This document shows, one piece after another, positions 1 through 8,541 of a stretch of 64,000 nt of DNA; position 1 is the first letter of the stretch; every line of letters begins with the position of its first letter. The notes under the pieces were generated by a model. That model made no database searches. It worked only from the letters and a program-made list of their open reading frames with translations, and had not been told where the DNA came from. The DNA is taken from the NCBI GenBank assembly GCA_963697385.1, contig CAVONU010000004.1, positions 963,915 through 1,027,914 of the forward strand, written 5' to 3'. A program made the position numbers and the translations under genes. Source of the stretch: an uncultured Acidimicrobiales bacterium. Its GTDB lineage: Bacteria > Actinomycetota > Acidimicrobiia > Acidimicrobiales > CAWCAL01.

Positions 1-578
1 ATGAGCAGGTACGAGATCCCGCGATGCCGGGGGGCGTCGCGATCGGTCCGGCAGAGCACGAAGCACCAGTCGGAGATGTGGGCCAGCGAGGTCCAGACCT
101 TCTGGCCGTTGATCACCCACTGGTCGCCGTCCAGCTCGGCCCTGGTGGAGAGGTTGGCCAGGTCGCTGCCGGCGTCTGGTTCGCTGTAGCCCTGGCACCA
201 GATCTCGGTGCCGGCCAGGATGCCCGGCAGGAACCGCTGTTGCTGCTCGGGGGTGGCGAAGTGGACCAGCGTGGGGGCGACCAGGCCTTCACCCACGATG
301 CCCACCCGCCCGGGACCGCCGGCACGGGCGTACTCCTCGTGGAAGATCATCTGCTCGCTGAGGGTGAGGCCGCGCCCCCCGAGCTCGGTGGGGATGGCGA
401 TGCCGATCCAGCCGGCGTCGCCCAGGCAACGCTCCCAGACCTTGCGCTCGTCGATGAACATGTGCTCGTCGCCGGGCCCGCCCCGATGGCGGAGGTCGGC
501 GAATCTTCCGTTGAGCTGCTGGGCGAGCCAGGTGCGTAGCTCGGAACGGAACCCCTCGTCGGCGGGGGAGAAGCTCAT
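1..578 (-). CDS. acyl-CoA dehydrogenase family protein, 5' portion only (gene runs off the window start)
   Basis: Open at the window edge, so absent from the ORF track. Reverse complement from CAT 576-578 reads MSFSPADEGFRSELRTWLAQQLNGRFADLRH and later QRFLPGILAGTEIWCQGYSEPDAGSDLA, a FadE-type N-terminal/middle-domain pattern. The plus ORF 24-539 is its antisense shadow. Confidence 0.8.
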   Translation of the reverse strand, partial: MSFSPADEGFRSELRTWLAQQLNGRFADLRHRGGPGDEHMFIDERKVWERCLGDAGWIGIAIPTELGGRGLTLSEQMIFHEEYARAGGPGRVGIVGEGLVAPTLVHFATPEQQQRFLPGILAGTEIWCQGYSEPDAGSDLANLSTRAELDGDQWVINGQKVWTSLAHISDWCFVLCRTDRDAPRHRGISYLL

Positions 579-839
579 GTCCACGGCCGGTCACGGTAGC
601 TGACGACCCGTCAGATCCGGCAACGCCCGGCCGCTCGGCGGATGATTGCCGGGCCGGGGTGCGAGCAGGCCGAGTGCGACGCCGAACCGGCCGACAGCGT
701 GGCTGCCCGGCCGGTTCGACGCCGAAAGGTCCTGCGCCCGCCCGCTGGAAGCCACTCCGTCGGTCAACCGCCGCCGAACATGAGCCCGGCGGCCTCCTGG
801 TCGGACCACGACGTGGTGTGGGCATAGAGTTCGATCTCG

Positions 840-1643
840 ATGGACGAGCTTCCACTCACGGCCGAGGAGTGCCGCGTGCTGGGCAGCCTGATCGAGAAGG
901 CGGCCACGACGCCGGATCAGTATCCGCTGTCCTCCAACGGGCTCCGCACCGCGTGCAACCAGAAGACGGCCCGGGATCCGGTGGTCGCCTACGACGAGCG
1001 CCTGGTCGACGCCACCGTGCTCTCGCTGCGCGACAAGGGTCTGGCCCGCACCATTCGTGGCGCCGGCCAGCGGGTCTTCAAGCACAAGCACACGGCCGAC
1101 GAGGCGTGGGCGCTCGATCCCAGCCAGCTCGCGGTGCTGGCCGTGCTCATGTTGCGCGGGCCCCAGACCGCGGGCGAGCTCCGCACCCGCACCGAGCGGG
1201 CCCATGGATTCGCCACCACCGACGGGGTCGACGCGGTGCTCGACGATCTGTCTCGACGGGACCCGCCGCTGGTACGGATGGTCGGCCGCAGGCCGGGACA
1301 GAAGGACGATCGGTGGGAGACCACCGCCCTTCCCCGCGGATCCGGCGAGGTGGCCGGCACGACGGCGGGGCGCCCGGAGGCATCCGAGGCCGACGCGCAG
1401 GGGTTCGGGGCACACCGTCCCGGGGGACATCGCCCCGGGGGAGAAGGTCCCGCGGAGCAGGGTCGCGAACACCCCGATCGAGACGTACGGCGGGCGCCGA
1501 CCAGCGACGTCCGCCGGCCCGACACGGCCCGACCACCGCAGGCGGGCGTCGACGAACTGCGCCGCGAGGTGGCCGAGCTGCGCCGGCTGATCGAGCGGGT
1601 CTGTACCGAGCTGGGCATCTCGATCGACGAGGGTGCCGGGTAG
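840..1643 (+). CDS. YceH/DUF480 (UPF0502) family protein
   Basis: N-terminus LTAEECRVLGSLIEKAATTPDQYPLSSNGLRTACNQKTARDPV and second repeat LAVLAVLMLRGPQTAGELRTRTER match the E. coli YceH pattern. C-terminal coiled segment ELRREVAELRRLIERV. Confidence 0.85.
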   Translation: MDELPLTAEECRVLGSLIEKAATTPDQYPLSSNGLRTACNQKTARDPVVAYDERLVDATVLSLRDKGLARTIRGAGQRVFKHKHTADEAWALDPSQLAVLAVLMLRGPQTAGELRTRTERAHGFATTDGVDAVLDDLSRRDPPLVRMVGRRPGQKDDRWETTALPRGSGEVAGTTAGRPEASEADAQGFGAHRPGGHRPGGEGPAEQGREHPDRDVRRAPTSDVRRPDTARPPQAGVDELRREVAELRRLIERVCTELGISIDEGAG

Positions 1644-1653
1644 CGTCCAGAGC

Positions 1654-2799
1654 ATGCAGTTCACCGATGAGCACGACATGTTCCGCCGGACGGTGCGGGG
1701 CTTCGTCGAGAACGAGATGAATCCCCAGGTCGAGGCGTGGGAGGAGCAGGGAACCTTCCCCGCCCGCGAGGTGTTCACCCGGATGGGCGAGCTCGGGCTC
1801 CTCGGCCTCGAGTACGACCCGGCCTACGGCGGCCAGGGGGCCGATCACAGCTACACGGTGGTTCTCGGCGAGGAACTCGGTCGGATGCACTGCGGCGGCG
1901 TGCCGATGGCCATCAGCGTGCAGACCGACATGGCCACCCCGTCCCTCCACCGGTTCGGCACCGAGGAGCTCAAGCAGGAGTACCTGGTACCGGCCCTGAC
2001 CGGAGCCCACGTGGCCGCCATCGCCGTCACCGAACCCGACGCCGGATCCGACGTGGCCGCCATCCGCACCCGTGCCGTGCGCGACGGCGACGAGTGGGTC
2101 ATCAACGGCACCAAGCTCTACATCACCAACGGCACGCAGGCCGACTGGCTGTGCCTTCTCTGCCGCACCAGCGACGAGGGCGGCTACCGCGGGATGTCCC
2201 AGATCCTGGTCCCCACCGACGTCGACGGCTTCCGGGTCAGCAAGAAGCTGGACAAGCTGGGCCAACGCTCGTCCGACACCGCCGAGCTGGTGTTCGACGA
2301 CGCCCGCGTGCCCGCGGCCAACCTCATCGGGGCCGAGGGCAAGGGGTTCCAGCAGCAGATGATGCAGTTCCAGAACGAGCGCATGATCGCCAACTACCTC
2401 TCGGTCGGCTCCATGGAGGTCGCGCTCGAGCGCACCGTCGATTACCTGCGCGAGCGGCAGGTCTTCGACCAGCCGCTGGTCGACTTCCAGCACATCCAGT
2501 TCGAGCTCGCCGAGCTGTACGCCGATCTCGACATGGTCCGCCACTACAACTACGCGTGCTGCGACGCCTACCTGCGGGGCGAGGACACCACCTACTTCGC
2601 GACCGTCGCCAAGCTGAAGGCGGCCCGCGTCGCCCGCCGCGTCGCGGACACCTGTCTCCAGTTCCACGGTGGCGTCGGCTACATCGAGGAGACGTGGACG
2701 GCCCGCTATTTCCGCGACTCCCGGCTCTGGTCCATCGGCGGCGGCGCCGACGAGGTCATGTTGCGGACGATCGCCAAGATGAAGGGCATCGGTTCCTGA
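1654..2799 (+). CDS. acyl-CoA dehydrogenase
   Basis: ORF 1633-2799. ATG 1654 chosen because it lies after the upstream stop at 1641-1643. Motifs AIAVTEPDAGSDVAAIRT, WVINGTKLYITNG, QFHGGVGYIEE, IGGGADEVM. Confidence 0.9.
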   Translation: MQFTDEHDMFRRTVRGFVENEMNPQVEAWEEQGTFPAREVFTRMGELGLLGLEYDPAYGGQGADHSYTVVLGEELGRMHCGGVPMAISVQTDMATPSLHRFGTEELKQEYLVPALTGAHVAAIAVTEPDAGSDVAAIRTRAVRDGDEWVINGTKLYITNGTQADWLCLLCRTSDEGGYRGMSQILVPTDVDGFRVSKKLDKLGQRSSDTAELVFDDARVPAANLIGAEGKGFQQQMMQFQNERMIANYLSVGSMEVALERTVDYLRERQVFDQPLVDFQHIQFELAELYADLDMVRHYNYACCDAYLRGEDTTYFATVAKLKAARVARRVADTCLQFHGGVGYIEETWTARYFRDSRLWSIGGGADEVMLRTIAKMKGIGS

Positions 2800-2810
2800 A
2801 CCGGAGCGTC

Positions 2811-3491
2811 GTGATCTGGAGCGGGGGCGAGGCCCTCGATCCGGCGCGGCTGGCCGGTCTGGCCCGGCGCATCGAGGGGTCCCGGGCCGATGATGCGGCG
2901 GTCCACATCGCCGCCGACTCCGGGCTGGACCACGCGCGGGCCGCCGGGTGGACGGTGGACGTGGGGGTCGGCGATTTCGACTCGGTGTCCGCCGATGGGC
3001 TCCGCCGTGCCGAGCAGGACGGGGTCGAACTGATCCGACACGACGTCGACAAGGAGCAGACCGATCTCGAGCTGGCCCTCAGCCTTGCGGTGGAACGCGG
3101 CGCACGAACCGCGTTGGTCGTGGGGGGTTCGGGCGGCCGCATCGATCACTTCGCCGTCAATCTCGGGGTGGTGGCGTCGCCGACGTACGCGGATCTCCGG
3201 ATCGAGGCGTGGATGGGCGCGGCGACGGTGTGGGTCGTCCGGGGTGAGCGACGGTTCGAGCTCCCACGTGGTGGCCTGCTCTCGCTGGTGCCGATGCACG
3301 GTCCGGCCGACGACGTCGAGACCGAAGGCCTGCGCTGGCCGCTCCGGCGGGAGACCTTGCCCCCCGGTACCGGGCGCGGCCTGTCCAACGTCGTGGACGC
3401 CGGTCCGGTCCGCATCGTGGTCGGTCGCGGTGTGCTGTTGGCCGTCGCCCCGGGCGGCCCGGAGGGAGCGACGTCGTCGCCTTCCTGCTGA
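2811..3491 (+). CDS. thiamine pyrophosphokinase
   Basis: In-frame GTG 2811 within ORF 1737-3491. Motifs VGVGDFDSV and VVGGSGGRIDHFAVNL typical of TPK catalytic and B1-binding parts. Confidence 0.7.
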   Translation: MIWSGGEALDPARLAGLARRIEGSRADDAAVHIAADSGLDHARAAGWTVDVGVGDFDSVSADGLRRAEQDGVELIRHDVDKEQTDLELALSLAVERGARTALVVGGSGGRIDHFAVNLGVVASPTYADLRIEAWMGAATVWVVRGERRFELPRGGLLSLVPMHGPADDVETEGLRWPLRRETLPPGTGRGLSNVVDAGPVRIVVGRGVLLAVAPGGPEGATSSPSC

Positions 3492-3561
3492 GCGCGCCAC
3501 GAGGATACGCTGACGAATTCACGCGCCGTGCCTCAACCCCCACGCCGCGTGGTCGATTGGC

Positions 3562-4989
3562 TTGGTCAGCATGCAGATGAGAAGAAGAGCTCCGTGGGCG
3601 GTGCTCGGCGTCGCCGCGCTTGCGGCGGCGTCGATGTCGACGACCGCGGCCCAGGCCAAGGACGACGGCTGCCTGCCGCCGCGCGATCCCAACGCGCCCA
3701 CCACCACGACCACCACACTCGTGCCGCCCACGACGTTGCCGGGGACCACCACCACGCTCCCGCCGTGTCCCACCACGACCCTGCCGCGTCCCACCACCGT
3801 CCTCCCGCCGGTCACGGCCCCGCCGCCGCCTCCTCCGCCCGGTCAGCCGCTGCCGCCGCCCGCCCAGCCGAATCAGCCGGCCGCCGCGCCCACGACGGCG
3901 CCCACCACCACCGCCCCCGTCGAGGAACCCCCGATCCAGCGCGTCGGCTACTACGCCGATCAGCCCGAGTTCACCCGACGGACGACCGCCGACGCCGACG
4001 CACTGGGCAAGGCCCGGCGCCGTCGCAACGAGGCGGCGGTCGCCGTCGAGAACGCCAAGCAGGACATCGCCCGCACCGAAGCGGAGCTGGCCGTCGAGGA
4101 GCAGCAGCTCGGTGCGCTCGCGGCGGCCGAGCGGGCCAAGGCCGACGATCTGCTCCACGCCACCCGCAACTTCGAGACCCGCGTCGTCGACGCCTACGTG
4201 CGGGGGCGCCCGGTGCCGCTGGCCGTTCTCCAGGGTTCCGAAGAGATCGCCGATGTCGTCAGCAAGATCGTGATGCTCGAGCAGGTGCTCGAGGAGGATC
4301 ACGCGGTGGTCGCCGAGTACGAGGCGCTGCGCGATGAGGTCGGCGCGGTCGTGGCCGCCGCCGTCGCCCGGCTCGACGATCTCGAGGGCCGGCTGGAGAT
4401 CGCCAGGGACTGGCTGCGGTTCAGCGAGCTGACCTTGGCCGAGGCCGAGTTCGAGATCGACGTTTGGGCCGCCAACTCCGACACCTACGTGCCCGGCTTC
4501 GTCTTCCCGGTGGCGTCGGAGTACAGCTTCATCGACAGCTGGGGATTCCCCCGTGGCCCCGGCACCCCGTGGGAGCACTGGCACGAAGGGGCCGACATCT
4601 TCGCACCCACCGGCACGGAGTTGTTGGCCGTGGAGTCGGGCATCATCAGCCGGCTGGCCGACGGCGGGCGCGGCGGTCTGGCGCTGTACATCGAGGGGCA
4701 GAGCGGGTCGAAGCACTACTACGCCCACCTCGCCCGCTACGCCGACGGCATCGCCGAGGGCCGGCCGGTCACCGCCGGTCAGGTCGTCGGGTACGTCGGC
4801 GACTCCGGCAACGCCGCCGGTGGCCTCCCGCACCTGCACTACGAGATCCATCCCGGCGATCGGCCCGTCAACCCCTACCCGCTGCTCGCCACCTCGTCGC
4901 GCCGCCAGACGGCTCGACTGGCCTCGCTGACCGGGTCCGCGTCGCTGCTGGCCAGCGTGGCCCCGGACGGTGCCGGGTCGGGTGACTGA
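3562..4989 (+). CDS. secreted coiled-coil M23 (LytM-type) metallopeptidase
   Basis: Signal-like MRRRAPWAVLGVAALAAASMSTTAAQA, Thr/Pro-rich linker, long coiled coil. C-terminal M23 motifs HEGADIF and GYVGDSGNAAGGLPHLHYEIH. Start may be ATG 3571. Confidence 0.85.
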   Translation: MVSMQMRRRAPWAVLGVAALAAASMSTTAAQAKDDGCLPPRDPNAPTTTTTTLVPPTTLPGTTTTLPPCPTTTLPRPTTVLPPVTAPPPPPPPGQPLPPPAQPNQPAAAPTTAPTTTAPVEEPPIQRVGYYADQPEFTRRTTADADALGKARRRRNEAAVAVENAKQDIARTEAELAVEEQQLGALAAAERAKADDLLHATRNFETRVVDAYVRGRPVPLAVLQGSEEIADVVSKIVMLEQVLEEDHAVVAEYEALRDEVGAVVAAAVARLDDLEGRLEIARDWLRFSELTLAEAEFEIDVWAANSDTYVPGFVFPVASEYSFIDSWGFPRGPGTPWEHWHEGADIFAPTGTELLAVESGIISRLADGGRGGLALYIEGQSGSKHYYAHLARYADGIAEGRPVTAGQVVGYVGDSGNAAGGLPHLHYEIHPGDRPVNPYPLLATSSRRQTARLASLTGSASLLASVAPDGAGSGD

Positions 4990-5926
4990 CGACCCACGTG
5001 GCGGTACGGCACGGCGGGTGATCGCTCGGTTGCGTCCTCCGACCGTGGGTGATGGGCGCCAGCGCGTGCCGTCGCTCCCGCCAGCGGAGCTGATCGAGGT
5101 CCCCGGGCGGGGTGAGCTGGTGGTGCGGCGGCGGTCGCAGGCTCAGGACTCGGATCGGCCGACGGTCATGCTGGTGCACGGCGCCGGCAACACCGGCGAC
5201 GTCATGTGGTACCGGACCCACGAGCTGCTCGCAGACGTGGCCGACACGGTCTCGTTCGATCTGCGCGGCCACGGGCGCGGCTTCCGGTCCGACACCGCGC
5301 CGTCGCTGGATCAACTGGTCGACGACGTGGTCGCCGTCGCCGAGCGGCTCCAACTGGAGCGGCCCGCTCTGGTGGGGTACTCGCTCGGTGGGGTCGTCGC
5401 CGTCGCCGCGGCGGGAGCGCGACCCGAACGTTTCGGGGGGCTCGTCGCCGCCGGCACGCCGATCGCGGCCCCGGCCGGTCGATGGCTCCTGGGGCTCTTC
5501 TCGGCGCGGTCCGTGGCGGTCGGGGCGCTGGATCTGGGTACCGGGGTCGGGGGCTACGCCCGGTTCCTCCGTTCGGCCGCGGAGGCCGACCCGGTCCTGC
5601 GGCCCCATGCCGCGTGGCTGGCCGGCGAGGTCAGCCGCACCGATGGGGCTTACCTCCATCGCCTCTTCCGCAGCATGGCGGGATTCGATCTGACCGCGAC
5701 GGCCGCCCGGGTCACCTGTCCGGCGGCGGTCGTCGTGACCAGCCGCGACGAAACCGTCGATCCGGCCGGGCAGCGTCGCCTGGCCGATGCGCTGGCGGTG
5801 GGACGGGGGGCCGGTGATCCCGTCGCCGCGATGGAGGTGGATGCCGGTCACGGGGCTCCTCTCATCGAAGCCGACATCTTCGATCCGGCGCTGCGAGCCG
5901 CCGTGGTGGCGGTGCTGAGCCCCTGA
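4970..5926 (+). CDS. alpha/beta-fold hydrolase
   Basis: VMLVHGAGNTGDVMW, DLRGHGRG, nucleophile elbow GYSLGG, C-terminal DAGHGAPL. Start uncertain (GTG 4970 or 4982). Confidence 0.8.
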   Translation: MPGRVTDDPRGGTARRVIARLRPPTVGDGRQRVPSLPPAELIEVPGRGELVVRRRSQAQDSDRPTVMLVHGAGNTGDVMWYRTHELLADVADTVSFDLRGHGRGFRSDTAPSLDQLVDDVVAVAERLQLERPALVGYSLGGVVAVAAAGARPERFGGLVAAGTPIAAPAGRWLLGLFSARSVAVGALDLGTGVGGYARFLRSAAEADPVLRPHAAWLAGEVSRTDGAYLHRLFRSMAGFDLTATAARVTCPAAVVVTSRDETVDPAGQRRLADALAVGRGAGDPVAAMEVDAGHGAPLIEADIFDPALRAAVVAVLSP

Positions 5927-6164
5927 TGGGGGTCGACCAGTCGCTCCGGTGGTTCGGGGAGGTTGGTGCCGGGCTGCTGGCTGGTGAGCACTTCGTGTCC
6001 CTGGGGCCTTTGGGATTCCTAGGGCTAGATCGTGCCCCGGTCGGTTGGTTCGGGCTGCCCGTCAAGCGCTCATGGGGTGTCGTGCTTCGAGCACTGGTCC
6101 ATTGGGTCGCCGCTGGGATGCCCGCTGGCTCAGCCATTCGGATCAACCAGAGGAGCACCAGATC

Positions 6165-6761
6165 ATGACCGTGTTTGTGGGCGATGACTGGGCCGAGGCC
6201 CATCATGACGTCCATCTCATGACCGGGGCCGGCGACCGGCTCTCGGCTCGCCGCCTGCCCGAGGGGTTGGAGGGCATCGCGGCGTTCCACGCGATGGTCG
6301 CCGGGCATGCTGATGATCCCTCCGAGGTGGTGGTGGGGATCGAGACCGAGCGGGGCTTGTGGGTTCAGGCTCTGGTTGCGGCGGGGTATCGGGTGTATGC
6401 GATCAATCCGTTGTCGGTGTCGCGCTATCGGGACCGTCACCACGTGGCGGGCGCGAAGTCCGACCCGGGCGACGCGAAGGTGCTGGCCGATCTGGTCCGT
6501 ACCGATCGGCACAACCACCGCCCGATCGCCGGGGACAGCGACCAGGCCGGTGGGGTGAAGGTCCTGGCTCGGGCTCATCAGAACCTGATCTGGGACCGGA
6601 CCAGGCACACCAACCGCCTCGTCGGCTACCGCCTCGTCGGCTACCTCCACGGCTGCCTCCGCACCCGCACCCCCTACAACGAACCCACCGCCTGGGCCCA
6701 CCGACAACCGGAACAACATCCAAGATCGCTGCTTGACAACCTACGACCCTGGGGTGGCTAG
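6165..6761 (+). pseudogene. IS110-family transposase, internally deleted (N-terminal DEDD/RuvC-like domain fused to the last ~35 residues)
   Basis: ATG 6165: MTVFVGDDWAEAHHDVHL...VVGIETERGLW...YAINPLSVSRYRDRHHVAGAKSDPGDAKVLADLVRTDRH...NLIWDRTRHTNRL, then directly LVGYLHGCLRTRTPYNEPTAWAHR (typical C-terminal end). The Transposase_20 region is missing. The junction carries a 15-bp tandem duplication at 6614-6643. Confidence 0.75.
6614..6643 (+). repeat. 15-bp perfect tandem duplication (CCGCCTCGTCGGCTA x2) at the IS110 deletion junction
   Basis: Read directly: 6614-6628 equals 6629-6643. Translates LVGYRLVGY. Confidence 0.9.
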
Positions 6762-7630
6762 GACGAGCGGCGGACGGCGGGCGACCGCGTCGGGTCGTGG
6801 TCGGCGTGGCACCACCAGCGGCCACCGCCCGGTGGTGCACCGGGGTGCCGGCCCACGGCCAGGGCGAGCCCGAAACACGCGCTGAGGTGGTCGGCGGTGA
6901 GCACCTGCTCGACCGGGCCCGCCGCAACCACCGTGGCATGGCGCAGGAGGAGGGCGTGGGTGGCGGACTCGGGAACCTCCTCCAGATGATGCGTGACCAG
7001 GACCAGCGGCGGGGCGTCGGCGGCGACGCTCAGGCGATCCAGCGTGCCGATCAGGTCCTCGCGGCCGGCGGGATCCAGCCCGGCGGCGGGCTCGTCGAGC
7101 AGGAGCAGATCGGGTCGGCGGACGAGCGCCCGAGCCAGCAGGGCGCGTTGCCGCTCGCCACTGGAGAGCGTGCCGAAGGCTCGGTCGCGGTCGATGGCCA
7201 GCCCGACGCGGCCGCAGGCTTCGTCGGCGGCGGCGTGGGCCTCGTCGTCGTACGAGTGCCACCAGGGGGCGAGCGCGGCGTGCCACCCCGTGACGACCAC
7301 GTCGTGCAGCGTCAGGCCGGGCTCCAGCTGCTGGGCCAGCCCTTCGGCGCCGTACCCGATCCGCTCCCGCAGGCGCCGGACGTCGGTGGTGCCCAGACGC
7401 TCGCCGAGGACCGTGACCGACCCGGTCGACGGGTGGGTGCGCAGCGCGGCCATCGCCAGCAGGGTCGACTTCCCCGACCCGTTGGCGCCCAGGACCACCC
7501 AGCGTTGATCGGCATCGACCGACCAGTCGATCGGTCCGACCAGCGTGGTCGAGCCGCGGGTCACGGTGGCGCCGTCCAGGCTCAGCACGGTCGGGCGGTC
7601 CGGAGGGGTGGCGTCGGGGGTGCGGGGCAC
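6758..7630 (-). CDS. ABC transporter ATP-binding protein (stand-alone NBD, ModF/YlmA-like)
   Basis: Walker A GANGSGKST, signature LSSGERQR, Walker B LLLLDEPAAGLD, H-loop VTHH. In-frame GTG 7630 chosen; the longer ORF to 7753 has a non-protein-like N-terminus. Confidence 0.85.
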   Translation of the reverse strand: MPRTPDATPPDRPTVLSLDGATVTRGSTTLVGPIDWSVDADQRWVVLGANGSGKSTLLAMAALRTHPSTGSVTVLGERLGTTDVRRLRERIGYGAEGLAQQLEPGLTLHDVVVTGWHAALAPWWHSYDDEAHAAADEACGRVGLAIDRDRAFGTLSSGERQRALLARALVRRPDLLLLDEPAAGLDPAGREDLIGTLDRLSVAADAPPLVLVTHHLEEVPESATHALLLRHATVVAAGPVEQVLTADHLSACFGLALAVGRHPGAPPGGGRWWCHADHDPTRSPAVRRSS

Positions 7631-7824
7631 GGCGCCGAGCGTAGAAGACCGGCGGCATGGGGATTTCAACCCATACGCAAGGGGTCGGGCGGCCCATGTG
7701 ACCGGGGCGCCGTGGGAACAGACTGGTGGTCGAGCGCACAACCAGTGCTCCACTCCCTGTCATGCGGTTCGTCCACTACCCCCGGGCGGGCCGCATGCAG
7801 CGTTTTGGCCTCGATCTCACGAGT

Positions 7825-8541
7825 TCAGACCGCAGCGCGGACCAGGGCGGCGACGGCGGCGAGTGCCGACAGGGCGAGCACGGCGGATCTCGTGTACCCG
7901 CGGTCCAGGAACCGGGCCACCCTCCCCGAGAGCAGCAGGCCGATCACCGTCCCCGGGACCAGGGCCAGGCCCCGACCGACGTCGGCCGTGCCCATCTCGC
8001 CGAACAGCGCCAGCGCCACGAACGAGAACCCCACGCCGACGGCGAAGAAGCGGGCCAGCGTGCGGCGGACGACCGGACCCTCGGACGATTGCATGACCAG
8101 CGCCATGGGCGGACCGCCGACGGCGATCGACGTGGCCGTGAACCCCGACGCCAGGCCGCCACCGAACAGATTCGCCCGGGTGGGGCTGACGTGCACGCCC
8201 GAAGCCGAGATGGCGACCGCCACCAGGATCGCCGTGGCGAAGAACCAGGTCAGTGCGTCGGTGCTCAGCGCCGCGACCAGCGCCGCTCCCAGCAGTGAGC
8301 CGGGAACACGGCCGACGAGCGCGGGTACGACGCGGGGCCAGTCGCCTTCGCCCGGCTCGCGGACGATCATCATCAGGTTGAGGGCCAGCGCACCGATCAG
8401 GGCCGGGCCCGGGATCAGTTCCGGGTCGAGCAGGACCAGCACCGGCACGGCCAGCAGGTTGCCGCCGAATCCGATGCCGCCCTGCACGATCGACCCCACC
8501 AGCATCGCGGCGTTGGCCAGGACCCACTCGAGGAGACTCAC
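7825..8541 (-). CDS. TauE/SafE (DUF81) family anion exporter
   Basis: Multi-pass membrane protein. N-terminal IVQGGIGFGGNLLAVP and a second-half repeat GGGLASGFTATSIAVGGPP. Confidence 0.8.
   Translation of the reverse strand: MSLLEWVLANAAMLVGSIVQGGIGFGGNLLAVPVLVLLDPELIPGPALIGALALNLMMIVREPGEGDWPRVVPALVGRVPGSLLGAALVAALSTDALTWFFATAILVAVAISASGVHVSPTRANLFGGGLASGFTATSIAVGGPPMALVMQSSEGPVVRRTLARFFAVGVGFSFVALALFGEMGTADVGRGLALVPGTVIGLLLSGRVARFLDRGYTRSAVLALSALAAVAALVRAAV

Larger units (their letters stand above)
5927..6761 (+). mobile_element. IS110-family element remnant (left non-coding end plus internally deleted transposase); outer boundaries not determined
   Basis: 238-bp non-coding stretch followed by a DEDD-type transposase N-terminus. 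Wedged between a hydrolase stop (5926) and the stop of a convergent ABC ATPase gene (6758). Confidence 0.5.

Noticed and set aside
3492-3561. A possible c-di-AMP (ydaO-type) riboswitch upstream of the M23 peptidase genes.
   Set aside because: The upstream spacers are only about 70 and 40 nt, and they lack the pseudo-symmetric conserved motifs I recall for that class.
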